This document shows, piece after piece, positions 14,911 to 25,567 of a DNA stretch of 64,000 nucleotides; the stretch's first letter is position 1, and the number at the start of each line of letters is the position of its first letter. The stretch comes from a virus. Position numbers and translations under genes: made by a program. The stretch spans positions 8,157-72,156 of IMG/VR virus record IMGVR_UViG_3300047546_001733. One strand, written 5' to 3'. The notes beneath the pieces were generated by a model. The model had not been told where the DNA came from and made no database searches. It saw only the letters and a list, made by a program, of their open reading frames with translations.

Positions 14911-17520
14911 TTACCTCACTGTTGTATTACTTACTGGTTTTGCGAGAATGGGTAACACTGACTGAGAAACTGCTGTTTTACCTCGTAGCGCATAAATAAA
15001 ACACAAGTAACTTGCAAAGATATGGTCATCGTCAGAGGCACCAACACCCCGTTCATTCATGATGTAGTAGTGGTCATTTCCGGTGATACGTTTCTGACGA
15101 GTAAGTCGCTCTAACTGACTTACACCCTCAGTGTCTATCTCAGAAAATAAGAGCGTACCCTCTGAGACCATTCGTGCGATTTCCTTCGAACCCCAACTGC
15201 GAAATACCTCAGTAAGTTCAGTATCGTCGTCTGTTCTACCAACTGACACACGCTCATTAAAAAGCACAGGAATAATTCTTTCAGCATATTTGTAAACAGT
15301 ATATTCCTCCCGACTACAAAGTGATTGGTAGATACCCGCACCACCACCACCTGCGCCTACGTCAATTGCAATCTTTGTGGGATTATAAAACTGAGTAAGG
15401 TAATGGATAATTGACTCTTGTTCAGGATAATCAATCTTAGTAATTCGGTATCGTACAAGTGTAATATATTTATTATTCTTCGCCGCAACCACCTGTATAA
15501 CGGTTGGGTCTGAAAATCCAGTGTCTATAGAAAAAATAACATAATCATAACCAGTAACTTTATGTAACTTTAGTACGTCCTTAAATGACTTCCCCTTTAG
15601 TTTATCATTGTTAGAAAAACGATAACTAAAAAAATCAACCTGCTCAAGGGTAAATGCGTCTCTAGGAATTACTTGAAAACTTGCTGACCCATGACGACCA
15701 AGTACAAGTTGTTGAAAAATGTCTTCCTCGATACCTCCGTACTTGCGGAGTGCGTCATTCCAGTCATCTAGTGTAAAGTATGGATTGTTTGGTGACGGGA
15801 TGCGATACTTTTTATACTTTGGGCGACGGATGTCTAGGTCGTAAAGCGCACTGTTTCGTAATCCGTTAGGTACACCACAGTAAATTTCCTGTATCTTTGG
15901 TTCCCACGTATTTAGTGTAGGCTGGAGTTGATTAAAAGCGGTCATGGGAAACAACTGCATCTCATCGCCAGCAATACGTGGAATATGTAAACCTACTAAG
16001 TTATTACTTTCTTTTGTACCCGCAATACGGGCATTAAACCGGTGATTTCGCGAGCCAAACTTGAAATCTAGCGTACCTTTCGAGCGATTAATGTTATTAC
16101 CCAGAAAGTCTTTTAGTAACGGGCTTGTAGTAAATTTAAGTACAAGTCTGTCAAGTAACGGTGTTAACTGATTTGAGTTTGGGGTTACAAGAAGTTGTTC
16201 AGACGTTTTTGGGAATTCAATGTCATTGTTAACAATCTGGTAAGTCAGTAAGTCTTCAATAATCACCGAATTATGCACAACAATATAGTTAGAAATATAC
16301 GTCTCGTCAGTATAAACGTGTACTGCATAAGTGGGCATATTGTAGGAACGACTTTTCCTGTGCTCAATCGCCTCCCAACGTATATTATCTGGTGGTTCTA
16401 CGTTACTAAGGTCTAGGTTGACTTTAATACCAGGTACAGTGAATGTAGACCAGAAGCGTAGTGCATTTTCTTTATCTAGCGTGGTTATTTCCCAGATAGA
16501 AAAGTCGCCGGTATATCCGTGGGTTTTTTGTACAACATCACCAGTCTTTTTTCTGGTTGTGCTTATACCAAAGTATAACAAAATTTCTTGAAACTCTTTT
16601 GTAAAATTTTCGTTTGGTACTCTCAGAGATACTTCGGTACTTGAGAAAGCACCATACTGAGCAAAAACTGCCTCTAGAAAAACTTTAATATTCTCGAGAC
16701 GTTGAGTTTTTAAAAAGTCTAAATTTTGTTTCTTGCGTCCGTTGCTTTTTGTGTTAATACCACACTCACGCCACAATTGACGAATGTAGTGCCGTGTCTG
16801 CCCAGTTTTAATGCGGTCGAGATAATACTTACCATCCTCAATTCGTAAATTAAGAAACATATTCTTAGCAATAAATTCGAGTTCTTCTGCAACTTGTTTA
16901 AACCGTGGTTTGATTCCCATATATCCAATGACCTTTAGGTCGTTGAGAATATCATAACCCATCGCACGTAATTCAAACCATGAGAATGTATTTAATACGC
17001 AGTGGTCAGTTGGTAAAATGTTTGTGACTGCAACTAAGTCGCCCACAACCAAGTCACCTGCAAGTACAAAGCCACGAGGCGTAAGTATCGGATGGTTATA
17101 CGTACATTCAATTTCTTGAGTAGCTGTTTTAAATTTATGTAACTTTGCCCATTTATCCTTTGTAATAGTAGCCCGCCGCTGTTTAAATTTACCGTCGGTG
17201 GAATACGCATAAGTAACAAAAGAGTCTTTACGCAATAATTCACCGATAGTTTTAAAGCCCTCAGTGGTATATACCGTGGACGATGTTGGCTGACATTTAC
17301 CAATTGAGCGACCGCCGGTGATAACAATATGTTTATTTTGGTCTGTAAGAATTTCGCGTTGGTATGGGCGGTGCTTAAATTCATCTGATGACCAGTTATT
17401 TTTATTCATGTCCCCGTTATTTGTTGAGCGAAGGAATTCACTAAACCACACAGGGTCTTCTATAATCTCGAGTAAGGCTAACTCCGATTCATCAATTTTC
17501 TTCTGTAGAGCCATCCTCAT
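14911..17520 (-). CDS. terL: Terminase large subunit with intein
   Basis: YQ...GGRSIGK|S Walker A, IAGDE Walker B, SIDTG...D and DDHIFA nuclease motifs. Confidence 0.9.
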   Translation of the reverse strand: MRMALQKKIDESELALLEIIEDPVWFSEFLRSTNNGDMNKNNWSSDEFKHRPYQREILTDQNKHIVITGGRSIGKCQPTSSTVYTTEGFKTIGELLRKDSFVTYAYSTDGKFKQRRATITKDKWAKLHKFKTATQEIECTYNHPILTPRGFVLAGDLVVGDLVAVTNILPTDHCVLNTFSWFELRAMGYDILNDLKVIGYMGIKPRFKQVAEELEFIAKNMFLNLRIEDGKYYLDRIKTGQTRHYIRQLWRECGINTKSNGRKKQNLDFLKTQRLENIKVFLEAVFAQYGAFSSTEVSLRVPNENFTKEFQEILLYFGISTTRKKTGDVVQKTHGYTGDFSIWEITTLDKENALRFWSTFTVPGIKVNLDLSNVEPPDNIRWEAIEHRKSRSYNMPTYAVHVYTDETYISNYIVVHNSVIIEDLLTYQIVNNDIEFPKTSEQLLVTPNSNQLTPLLDRLVLKFTTSPLLKDFLGNNINRSKGTLDFKFGSRNHRFNARIAGTKESNNLVGLHIPRIAGDEMQLFPMTAFNQLQPTLNTWEPKIQEIYCGVPNGLRNSALYDLDIRRPKYKKYRIPSPNNPYFTLDDWNDALRKYGGIEEDIFQQLVLGRHGSASFQVIPRDAFTLEQVDFFSYRFSNNDKLKGKSFKDVLKLHKVTGYDYVIFSIDTGFSDPTVIQVVAAKNNKYITLVRYRITKIDYPEQESIIHYLTQFYNPTKIAIDVGAGGGGAGIYQSLCSREEYTVYKYAERIIPVLFNERVSVGRTDDDTELTEVFRSWGSKEIARMVSEGTLLFSEIDTEGVSQLERLTRQKRITGNDHYYIMNERGVGASDDDHIFASYLCFIYALRGKTAVSQSVLPILAKPVSNTTVR
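16270..17295 (-). mobile_element. Intein (342 aa) with degenerate LAGLIDADG-like domain
   Basis: Starts CQPTSS, block B TYNHPILT, ends IVVHN followed by S; splits the Walker A motif. Confidence 0.92.
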
Positions 17521-18142
17521 CCTCCATTATTACAACATCTTCATCACTTTCGATTTCTGGTACATCGCTGGATTTTGCGGGTTGTATAACCTCGTAAAGA
17601 TATTGTTTTCTCCACTTGTAATCTTTAATATCAAAAAATATACCCTCACTAGCACTCTTTCTGGTCATCGTAACTCTTCGATTACACTGACTGCATTGTG
17701 TTTCGAAGTGAAATGCAGTGTGCTCCATTACAGGTGAAAACCGTGCCAGTAGTATTTTACAGTCAGGGCAATATACTTTTACTAATCGTTTTTCTATAAA
17801 ATTTTGAGCAGTTACTTTTAATGTTGTTAAATAACTTGAGATACTATCAGAATTCTCAGACTTTCTGGTCTTTCGGTCAAGGGCAAGTGCCCGCTCTACC
17901 TGTAGATTTCTTTCAATAAGGTCACGGATAGAATTACCGACACGCTGTATTGACTCAATATTTTCCATGATAGAAGACGACTCAGTAAGGAGTAGCATCT
18001 CTTGTTGTAATCTTTCAATAAGTACTTGATTTTGTATTAAAATCTCGAGATTAGCCCTGTCATTCGGAGAGTTAAGTGTCTCCAAGTCGTATTTATCACT
18101 ATAATCCTTTAAAATCTCTTGAAACCTTGATTTTTTCGTCAT
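17492..18142 (-). CDS. Putative terminase small subunit with Zn ribbon
   Basis: Overlaps the terL start; coiled helices plus CPDC/CSQC. Confidence 0.5.
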   Translation of the reverse strand: MTKKSRFQEILKDYSDKYDLETLNSPNDRANLEILIQNQVLIERLQQEMLLLTESSSIMENIESIQRVGNSIRDLIERNLQVERALALDRKTRKSENSDSISSYLTTLKVTAQNFIEKRLVKVYCPDCKILLARFSPVMEHTAFHFETQCSQCNRRVTMTRKSASEGIFFDIKDYKWRKQYLYEVIQPAKSSDVPEIESDEDVVIMEDEDGSTEEN

Positions 18143-18242
18143 AAATCTCCCTTAACACAATAAAAGCGGGGTAGTATACCGTGTCTAACCAGAGTCAAAC
18201 TTGTGGTAAACTACCCCTCTACTATTATACCCTATTTTTGTG

Positions 18243-20387
18243 TCAGCGTACTGGGCAAGCCCCACCAACACAATCAGGGTCAAACTCATCTTCATCTGTA
18301 GCCGTTGATTCACGGGCATACAAAGCTTTCACAATATCCTGCCATGTGATGTGAGCAACATTGAGGTGATGCCATGCCCACTGGGCTTCATCAATTTCCT
18401 CGTATGGCATAAGCGGGTACGCACCACTGTATTTTGGTAGGAATGATACCCCGATGTAATCATCCCAGTTTGACATAATTAGGTCAATAATATCATTCAC
18501 CTCATCGTTATTAAACGTGATGGTAATTGACGTATTGTGGTCAGTCCAATACTTTTGGAGCGTGAAATACCGTTTTAGTTGTTCAACAGCGGATTCCTCA
18601 TTTGCAGAGCGGGTTGCGCTTGTGCGAATAGGAAATTCAATCACCCACGTCTGTGCTTTATCCAATACCAACATTTTTTCGTAGTCGCCGAGAAGTTTAA
18701 ATTCCTCTGGCATCATGACTGATGCTTCTGGGTATGTTGGATAACCGACGGCAAGCATCGCCTTCGCAAGCGGGTCAAAACTAGAAATACGAACACGACG
18801 AATGTAATATGGCGCATACGATGCGTGAGCACCACTTGACACAGTCGGTAGTTGTGCAATAGTACCACTTGGTTTTTGTGTAGTAACCAGCAGGGGAACG
18901 GGAATACGAAGTTCACTTGCATACTCCTGAGCCGCTTTATTTGCAATTTTATTCAACTCACCCAAGAACATCGCCAACGGGTACTGCATAAGACTGCCGT
19001 CGCTATTTAAGATGGGAACGAGTGCAGTTTCATCAGTAGAGTCCACACCACAGGCGTCCATAGCCTCAACATACCCCGTGAAAGATACCCCAGTCAAACG
19101 GTCACGCTTCTGTACTTCATCCCAATGGGGAAGTTCTAGTGTAACCGTAGTCATACGCAGTCCAATACGTGTGGCAAGAATAACTGCGTTTGCAAGCGCA
19201 TTATAGTCAATCTTACCATTTTTCACATACCCAGCCATGTTGATTTCTGACAAATTACATACACCATTGTCCGCAAGTAATATTTCGGCACATGGATTTG
19301 TACCAGCATAATTTGGGCGACGTTTTGAAGCCGCCTCGGCATTGATAAAGCCCGGCTCACCATTATCCGCAATACGGGAAAAAATATCCTTGAGTTGCTC
19401 TCTGGTTGGCTTCTTTTGAAAATAAACCGAGTTGTTACTCATTGAGCGATACCGAAATTCTGCCTTGTTTGGGTCACTCCAAAGATTTGACTTTGCGTCA
19501 AGTACATCTTTGTCGGTAATATCAAACAACGTAATTTCACTAGAACGACGTACCCCACCAACGACAACACACGAGCCGATAATATTCATAATATCCATCG
19601 CCTGTACGGTGGTTAGTTTATTATTACCACGACACATAACACGGTGAATCTGTTTGAACATATCACGCAGTGCGGTATGACCAGATGCACGTCCACCAAA
19701 AGTTTTGAGTACTTCACCCTGTTGACGCACATTATCGTAGTTAATCATAATGGACTCAACATACTTCTCTGAGCGCATAGTCTCAAAGTACGCATTCAAA
19801 GCAGAAACCCAACCCTCTTTCGAATCACCAACAATAATATAAACACCACCAGAATCTTCATAAACCTGTGTTTCATCAATACGTTGTTCAGCCTTCTTTG
19901 GGTGATACGGCTTATGAGCAACAACTACGTTGGTTTTAATTTCTGCAAGTTGGCTCACATCACTTGGAAGAACACGAAATCCAACACCAGTACCCAACAT
20001 CATCAAGTAAAAAGCATCCACAAATGCAGTGAATGAGTCCACTACAGTAAAAGAACAATTAAAATTAGCCAGAGGAAACTTGCGAGCGGCTTCAGTTCCA
20101 CCAATCCACATAGTACGCCCTGCGGTGAACAAACGTAAGTTAAACATCTCATCAAAGAAATGCTCCGCTTCTTGACGAAGTAGAGCAGTATCTGTAGGAT
20201 TGGAATGTAAACTCATAGAATACTCAACAACACGGTGACACGTTTCTTTCCAGTGTTCTCTCCGACCTAACTCGGGAATAAACCTCGAGTAAGTACGCAA
20301 ATAAACAAATTGCCCAAGAATAGAATTCCACTCAGGATTGTCAGCATACTTGCTAAGAAAAGAATCGCTCAAATAACTAGTTTTCAT
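18243..20387 (-). CDS. nrdJ: Class II (B12-dependent) ribonucleotide reductase
   Basis: TNPCAEI, CNLSE, KPSGT, C-terminal CVGGAC; no small subunit present. Confidence 0.9.
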   Translation of the reverse strand: MKTSYLSDSFLSKYADNPEWNSILGQFVYLRTYSRFIPELGRREHWKETCHRVVEYSMSLHSNPTDTALLRQEAEHFFDEMFNLRLFTAGRTMWIGGTEAARKFPLANFNCSFTVVDSFTAFVDAFYLMMLGTGVGFRVLPSDVSQLAEIKTNVVVAHKPYHPKKAEQRIDETQVYEDSGGVYIIVGDSKEGWVSALNAYFETMRSEKYVESIMINYDNVRQQGEVLKTFGGRASGHTALRDMFKQIHRVMCRGNNKLTTVQAMDIMNIIGSCVVVGGVRRSSEITLFDITDKDVLDAKSNLWSDPNKAEFRYRSMSNNSVYFQKKPTREQLKDIFSRIADNGEPGFINAEAASKRRPNYAGTNPCAEILLADNGVCNLSEINMAGYVKNGKIDYNALANAVILATRIGLRMTTVTLELPHWDEVQKRDRLTGVSFTGYVEAMDACGVDSTDETALVPILNSDGSLMQYPLAMFLGELNKIANKAAQEYASELRIPVPLLVTTQKPSGTIAQLPTVSSGAHASYAPYYIRRVRISSFDPLAKAMLAVGYPTYPEASVMMPEEFKLLGDYEKMLVLDKAQTWVIEFPIRTSATRSANEESAVEQLKRYFTLQKYWTDHNTSITITFNNDEVNDIIDLIMSNWDDYIGVSFLPKYSGAYPLMPYEEIDEAQWAWHHLNVAHITWQDIVKALYARESTATDEDEFDPDCVGGACPVR

Positions 20388-20408
20388 TCTGTATATTCTC
20401 CATTGTTT

Positions 20409-20714
20409 TTATTCTCCGACTACACTGATGATTGCATTAAAATCCAGATTTTGCGTAAATCTATAATTCTTCAATGCTTCCGCAGTTTGTTGTGTTAACC
20501 ATTCATTACGAAAGTTAGTCATAATCTCAGTCTGCATAATCTCCATAAACTGACTCACCGAGTTAACCCATTTAGTACTTTGGGTTACAATTCCCGTATG
20601 GAAAAACTCTGAGTCACTGTGCGTCACTGAGTAGTTAATAGTAAAAAACCCGCTCTCGTTTACTGTAAACGCAATAATAGCAAAAGTAAAATTACCTGAA
20701 CTTGGTATATTCAT
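20409..20714 (-). CDS. Hypothetical protein
   Basis: ORF in operon, TAATG junction with upstream gene. Confidence 0.65.
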   Translation of the reverse strand: MNIPSSGNFTFAIIAFTVNESGFFTINYSVTHSDSEFFHTGIVTQSTKWVNSVSQFMEIMQTEIMTNFRNEWLTQQTAEALKNYRFTQNLDFNAIISVVGE

Positions 20715-21088
20715 TAGCGGTTGTCTCCATTTCCCTTAATAACCCCTCGTTGGGCACGGCTCTTAATTTTTACGAAGTTCTCATAAAATACATCACTAAT
20801 AGAAACACCAAGGTCATCTGCAACAGCAGTAACATACCAAAGCACATCGCCAAGCTCGGAAACAATATCATCAAATCTCTCCTGTGTTAATTGACCATCA
20901 TCATCACGCATAAGTTTCTTTACCTTACCCGCAACTTCCCCGGCTTCATTGACGAGACCCAATACTGGGTAGATTAGATGGTGTTCTTCTGCATACACCT
21001 TTGTACTCCGCACAAACAACTGATAGTTATGTAAACTCTCTACATTCTCAGTTTCTGACTCTTTACCTTGAATAGATTCATCACTCAT
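20714..21088 (-). CDS. mazG: MazG-like NTP pyrophosphohydrolase
   Basis: LGLVNEAGEV...ELGDVLWY. Confidence 0.88.
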   Translation of the reverse strand: MSDESIQGKESETENVESLHNYQLFVRSTKVYAEEHHLIYPVLGLVNEAGEVAGKVKKLMRDDDGQLTQERFDDIVSELGDVLWYVTAVADDLGVSISDVFYENFVKIKSRAQRGVIKGNGDNR

Positions 21089-21091
21089 TTG

Positions 21092-21451
21092 TTATTTACC
21101 CCACTTACCTTTCATTAAGATTAATGCTATAATAGCATAGTTTGCCAAATCTGTCAAATTGTCTTCAATTGACTCGTTCTTGGGGGATTTCTTTCCAGAA
21201 AAAGTGCCTGTAGAAATATCAAATCCGTAAAGATTCATTAGGCGTGCTGTTTTGTCCCAGATACGTACAATTGCGCCAAATTCTCCTGTCCCTAACATAT
21301 TGTGCGGTGAATAATCCTGCATCTTTTCAGCGTGTACTCTGTAGAGTGTTTCTGTAATCTCTTTGAACATAGCGTATTGTTCAGGATATTTCTCCCTGTC
21401 AATAATGTTTTCGGGATATGCTGTTTTTTTACTTAACATAATCTTCCTCAT
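21092..21451 (-). CDS. Nucleotide-modification-associated (DUF1599-like) protein
   Basis: K..DY, RIWDKTARL, ESIEDNLTDLANYAII. Confidence 0.75.
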   Translation of the reverse strand: MRKIMLSKKTAYPENIIDREKYPEQYAMFKEITETLYRVHAEKMQDYSPHNMLGTGEFGAIVRIWDKTARLMNLYGFDISTGTFSGKKSPKNESIEDNLTDLANYAIIALILMKGKWGK

Positions 21452-21538
21452 TACTATATATATAATTATAATAACTAAATACTTTTATTATATTCTATTT
21501 ATATATAGTATAATATATTCCCCTCGGGGGGTAATTTG

Positions 21539-21619
21539 ATTATACCACACCGTGAAAAGTTTGTCAAGTCCCCCTTAATTTGCGGTTGTATTGACAATTC
21601 ACTCCGCCCATGGTATAAT
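21539..21619. promoter_or_regulatory. Back-to-back consensus promoters at the main strand switch
   Basis: Minus strand TTGACA-17-TATAAT (21567-21539); plus strand TTGACA-17-TATAAT (21591-21619); AT-rich flank 21450-21520. Confidence 0.85.
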
Positions 21620-21663
21620 TTTATTGGGTATATGTATACCCTATTTATTTGTCAGAGGTACCT

Positions 21664-22035
21664 ATGAGTCAATTATGTTGTGTGTGTGATAATTACGCCA
21701 AAAGAAACAGTAGATTTTGTGTAAGTTGTAAGGCAATCTACTCTGTTGTTAACAAAGAACCCTGGTTTGAAGAATTATGTAATCTTATGAAACGTCAAAG
21801 ACGCATTGATGATATTGAAAAATATTCTATCTACGATAGTAACACAAAGTCACTTCAAAGTAAAGTACGAAGAGGTAGAGGGAGACCTGTTACGTCAAAA
21901 GTAGTTCGTGAACTTGTACTTAGTTTAAAGGACACATCGCCAAATTCCTCTATAAGAGAGATTGAAACATTGTGCGCTTCTGCGGGTGTAAATGTTTCGC
22001 GAGAAACAATTCGTAGAATTTTGACACAAAAATAG
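21664..22035 (+). CDS. Zn-finger + HTH DNA-binding protein (possible late regulator)
   Basis: CCVC...CVSC, GRGRP, SIREI...VSRETIRRIL. Confidence 0.65.
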   Translation: MSQLCCVCDNYAKRNSRFCVSCKAIYSVVNKEPWFEELCNLMKRQRRIDDIEKYSIYDSNTKSLQSKVRRGRGRPVTSKVVRELVLSLKDTSPNSSIREIETLCASAGVNVSRETIRRILTQK

Positions 22036-22076
22036 TATATACTAATAGAGAGTATTTTTTTTTTCTAGGAGGTTTT

Positions 22077-22865
22077 ATGGGAATACCCGTACCGAGTTCA
22101 ACCGTAATCACCTTGGCGGCGCAAACAATTAGCAGTGAATACTACCAAGAGTTTATGCTCAGTGATGAGAATGGTAACATACTTGGTGGAATTAATCCCG
22201 CCTCGGTTTCAGTAGCAGTAACAGGTTATAATTCAACCGCTACTTCTTATCAAGGGACAAGTTTCCCTATTGGCGGTGTTCATATATCAGATTTAACTGG
22301 TACAGATTTCACGGAGATGGTAGATGGTGAAACTGCAACAGTTCGTTTAAATAATCGCCGGGCTATAATGACCGCTACTGATGGTCAAGTAACGACACTC
22401 GTAGAATCATTACCTAATAACTATCACGACACTGTTGTGTGTAGTGGTGCAGTATTTACCACAGCCCTGACTAATGCGTATGCGTCTTTCTTTGACTACA
22501 ATGCACAAAGTAACGTGCGCTACATCTACGTACCATTAAGTAAAAGCGGTTGGAGACGTGCGACAGTTTACATTCGTCATAACTTGATTAATGTATCTGA
22601 TTCACAACCAACAGTTCTACCCATAACTTTATCCGCAGATTTTGGTCAACTTGATGATGATTTCACTATCAAGTCAGACACAATTAGCGGTGTTGTCTCT
22701 GCATACGCATCCAAAGCGTACACTTGTTATTCTTTCAGTGGTACGTCAAATGCCAAGGAGTACATTCCAGAATTAGATTCACCCCTTGCTGGAATTATTG
22801 TTACTGTTGCACCAAATCAATCAGTAACTGGTAACTATGAAATTTACATTAGCAAGGGGGCTTAA
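22077..22865 (+). CDS. Putative virion protein
   Basis: AGGAGG RBS; beta-rich; start of head operon. Confidence 0.55.
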   Translation: MGIPVPSSTVITLAAQTISSEYYQEFMLSDENGNILGGINPASVSVAVTGYNSTATSYQGTSFPIGGVHISDLTGTDFTEMVDGETATVRLNNRRAIMTATDGQVTTLVESLPNNYHDTVVCSGAVFTTALTNAYASFFDYNAQSNVRYIYVPLSKSGWRRATVYIRHNLINVSDSQPTVLPITLSADFGQLDDDFTIKSDTISGVVSAYASKAYTCYSFSGTSNAKEYIPELDSPLAGIIVTVAPNQSVTGNYEIYISKGA

Positions 22866-23413
22866 TGAAAAAAGGTCAATTTGTTGAGTGGGATTCTTCA
22901 GGTGGTACTGCCCGTGGTAAGATTGTAGCAATTGTGCGTAACGGAGACGTTCCGAATATTGATGCAAAAGTCACGGGAAGTCCAGAAGAACCCGCCGCTC
23001 GAATTCAAGTATACCGAAAAGATGGTGATGACAACTACGAAGCAACTGATACTTTTGTAGGACACAAACTAACGGAACTACGCAGTATTAAATCACTTGC
23101 ATCTTTAGAAGAACTATCGCCCCGACAGCAATACTTAGTAGAGTCATATCTAAATACAGTCGAGATGTTCGGTATGTTTAGTAGAGATACTACGTCCGAA
23201 GGTGCTCATTATATTGATGCGAGTCAGAATGTATTCGCCTCAGAGGGACTAGCTTGTAAAAATTGTGCATTTTACGCTGAAGACAGTGGCTCCTGCTCAA
23301 TTGTTTCAGGTCCCGTTGAGGAAAACGCAGTTTGTAAACTTTGGATAATTGAAAACGAGTATTTAGGCGAATCTCCTGAAACTACTGACGATGAAGAGGT
23401 CATGGATGAATAA
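22865..23413 (+). CDS. Tudor-like (DUF2945) + HiPIP-like Cys4 domain protein
   Basis: KGQFVEW..SGG.ARGKI...GHK; CKNCAFY...CSIVSG.V....CKLW. Confidence 0.65.
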   Translation: MKKGQFVEWDSSGGTARGKIVAIVRNGDVPNIDAKVTGSPEEPAARIQVYRKDGDDNYEATDTFVGHKLTELRSIKSLASLEELSPRQQYLVESYLNTVEMFGMFSRDTTSEGAHYIDASQNVFASEGLACKNCAFYAEDSGSCSIVSGPVEENAVCKLWIIENEYLGESPETTDDEEVMDE

Positions 23414-24983
23414 AAATTTTTCAGAAGGTCAGTGGAAAGTAAGTGGTTCAAGCCGACTTCCTGTTGCTAACGATGAGCAGTGGGATGGTGATAGTGCTCA
23501 GAATCAGATATTTTCATTGGCTGGTTTCGACACAGACAATCCTAAAATAGAGATTGCTAAGCGAGGTTTTCTTGTATATGATGCAAGTAATCCTACGCTT
23601 AAAGGTTCATACAAGTTGCCATTCGCAATTGTGCGTGACGGAGAATTATACGCATCAACTGCCGGATTGCGAGCCGCATCTCAAAGACTACCACAAACTG
23701 ATATTCCTACCTCCGTTATGGAAAGTGCCCAACGTGTTCTTGATATGTACAAAAGTAAGGCAGATTCTGCCGCTAAGTACGCAAACATAAACTTTTCACC
23801 ACCTGATGGAGTTGCATCGGCCGCTAAAAGAGGGCTAGAACTTCACGAAAAGGGGTTGAGCGGTTCTGGGTTGGAGTCAGCTACCGTCCTATGGGCAAGA
23901 AAGTATGTGAATGGTGAGTCTGTTAGTCCAGCACGGGCGAGAATGGGTAACCGATTTTTCGGTAGAAATGCCCGTTTTGCTAACGCCCCTAAAGACTCTC
24001 CCGCATGGGTTTCATGGCTTCTTTGGGGTGGTAGTGCTGGTAAGTCGTGGTTTTCAAAACTTGTGGCACAAATGGATGCCGCAGATAAAAAAACATCTGC
24101 CACTATTCATGGTTTTATAAAAGTTGCCGAATTAAATATACAAAATCCATTTTTAAAAGAAGTAGAATTAATACTTACCGACTTCGAGCCAAACTCTAAT
24201 CGTGAGGGTATTCGTCGTAGTGAGGCACAAAATATTATAAAAACCGCCCTCTACACCCCAATTAAAATTGCAATTTCAGATACTGATTATGCTGGTCATA
24301 AAGATGCGGTTCCCATTGGACCAATTACCAGTGTGTACGAAGATACGCACGACGGTAAACCAGTAATTAAAGCAAAAGCCGTTATATGGACTGACGAGTA
24401 TAATGACGTTTATGAAATCCTAAAAGCCCAGTCTAGCGAACGAGAGTATATCGGAACTTCGTGGGAAATTTACTACGAATCCGCCACAGCAGAAAACGGC
24501 GTTAACTGGCTTAATAATGTTATATTTGCAGGAACTTGTATTGTCGATGTCCCTGCATACGGTGACAGAACTAAACTTCTTAGTAAGGTAGCAGAAAAAC
24601 AAATGAATGAACTAAATGAACAACTCGAGCAGTTGCAGAAGCAACTAGCCGAAAGGGAGACTGAACTCGATGAGCTACGGAAAGAAATCAATGCCTACAA
24701 AGCAGAAGCCGATGCCAAAGCCCAAGCCGAAAAGCGGCAAAATGTAGTTGTAAAACTACTTAAGGCTGGATTTACGCAAGCTGAGGTTGACGAAAAAATT
24801 GAATTTTATACAAGTCTTGAAGATTCTCTTTTTGATAAGATTATTGTAGATTTTGTGCGTAATCGCACCGAAGCCTCACAAAGTTCAAATCAAGTCCCGG
24901 TAATTCCTGAGGTAGGTGGTTCACATACACCCCTTTCACCGAAGCAAATTGCCCAAGAGTTTAAGAAACTCAAAGCTAAGTAA
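23406..24983 (+). CDS. Prohead protease/scaffold fusion
   Basis: GH..A.PIG, TSWEI, PAYG protease-like core; C-terminal coiled coil; upstream of capsid genes. Confidence 0.65.
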   Translation: MNKNFSEGQWKVSGSSRLPVANDEQWDGDSAQNQIFSLAGFDTDNPKIEIAKRGFLVYDASNPTLKGSYKLPFAIVRDGELYASTAGLRAASQRLPQTDIPTSVMESAQRVLDMYKSKADSAAKYANINFSPPDGVASAAKRGLELHEKGLSGSGLESATVLWARKYVNGESVSPARARMGNRFFGRNARFANAPKDSPAWVSWLLWGGSAGKSWFSKLVAQMDAADKKTSATIHGFIKVAELNIQNPFLKEVELILTDFEPNSNREGIRRSEAQNIIKTALYTPIKIAISDTDYAGHKDAVPIGPITSVYEDTHDGKPVIKAKAVIWTDEYNDVYEILKAQSSEREYIGTSWEIYYESATAENGVNWLNNVIFAGTCIVDVPAYGDRTKLLSKVAEKQMNELNEQLEQLQKQLAERETELDELRKEINAYKAEADAKAQAEKRQNVVVKLLKAGFTQAEVDEKIEFYTSLEDSLFDKIIVDFVRNRTEASQSSNQVPVIPEVGGSHTPLSPKQIAQEFKKLKAK

Positions 24984-25010
24984 TTATAATAAACGAGGTA
25001 TAACAAAAAA

Positions 25011-25541
25011 ATGGCTGTACTAGTAACTACTCTACGTTCTCGCCAAGCCGTGGCTAACTCGACTCTTATTGAGGGTCGTGCCGTCGTGGTTGGTACAAGT
25101 GGCGTTCGAGAAGACCTTCCAATTGCTTCATATGCAAGTGCAAATACAACTCAGGGAGTTTACGTGGCATTTTTCCCGCCCGATAATTTCCCCCGTCCTA
25201 CATATGCAAGTATGTACACTGCTCCATATAAGCAGACCTACAATCTAAACAACAACGCTCTTTACGGTAGCCCCACATTCAACGAGTTGCAATATCTTGT
25301 TCCTCGCAGTCAGTGGAAAGAGCCTTCAATTTACTCAGGCGAACTAGTTGCCTTACACTGGGGTAGAGTTGGCATAACATCTAGTTGTTTCACAAACGAG
25401 GCAGACATTCGCGTGCCCGGTAACAAAGTGAAGGTCGGTACAAGCGGACTATTCATTCACGCAAACAACGGTACAAATGCCTGTGGTGAAGTTGAGCGAT
25501 ACGACGCTGATAACGGCGTGCTTTACATAATTCTTTACTAA
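25011..25541 (+). CDS. Capsid decoration/cement protein
   Basis: Position between scaffold and MCP; size. Confidence 0.55.
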   Translation: MAVLVTTLRSRQAVANSTLIEGRAVVVGTSGVREDLPIASYASANTTQGVYVAFFPPDNFPRPTYASMYTAPYKQTYNLNNNALYGSPTFNELQYLVPRSQWKEPSIYSGELVALHWGRVGITSSCFTNEADIRVPGNKVKVGTSGLFIHANNGTNACGEVERYDADNGVLYIILY

Positions 25542-25567
25542 CTAAACTTGGAGAAAACATAAAATAA

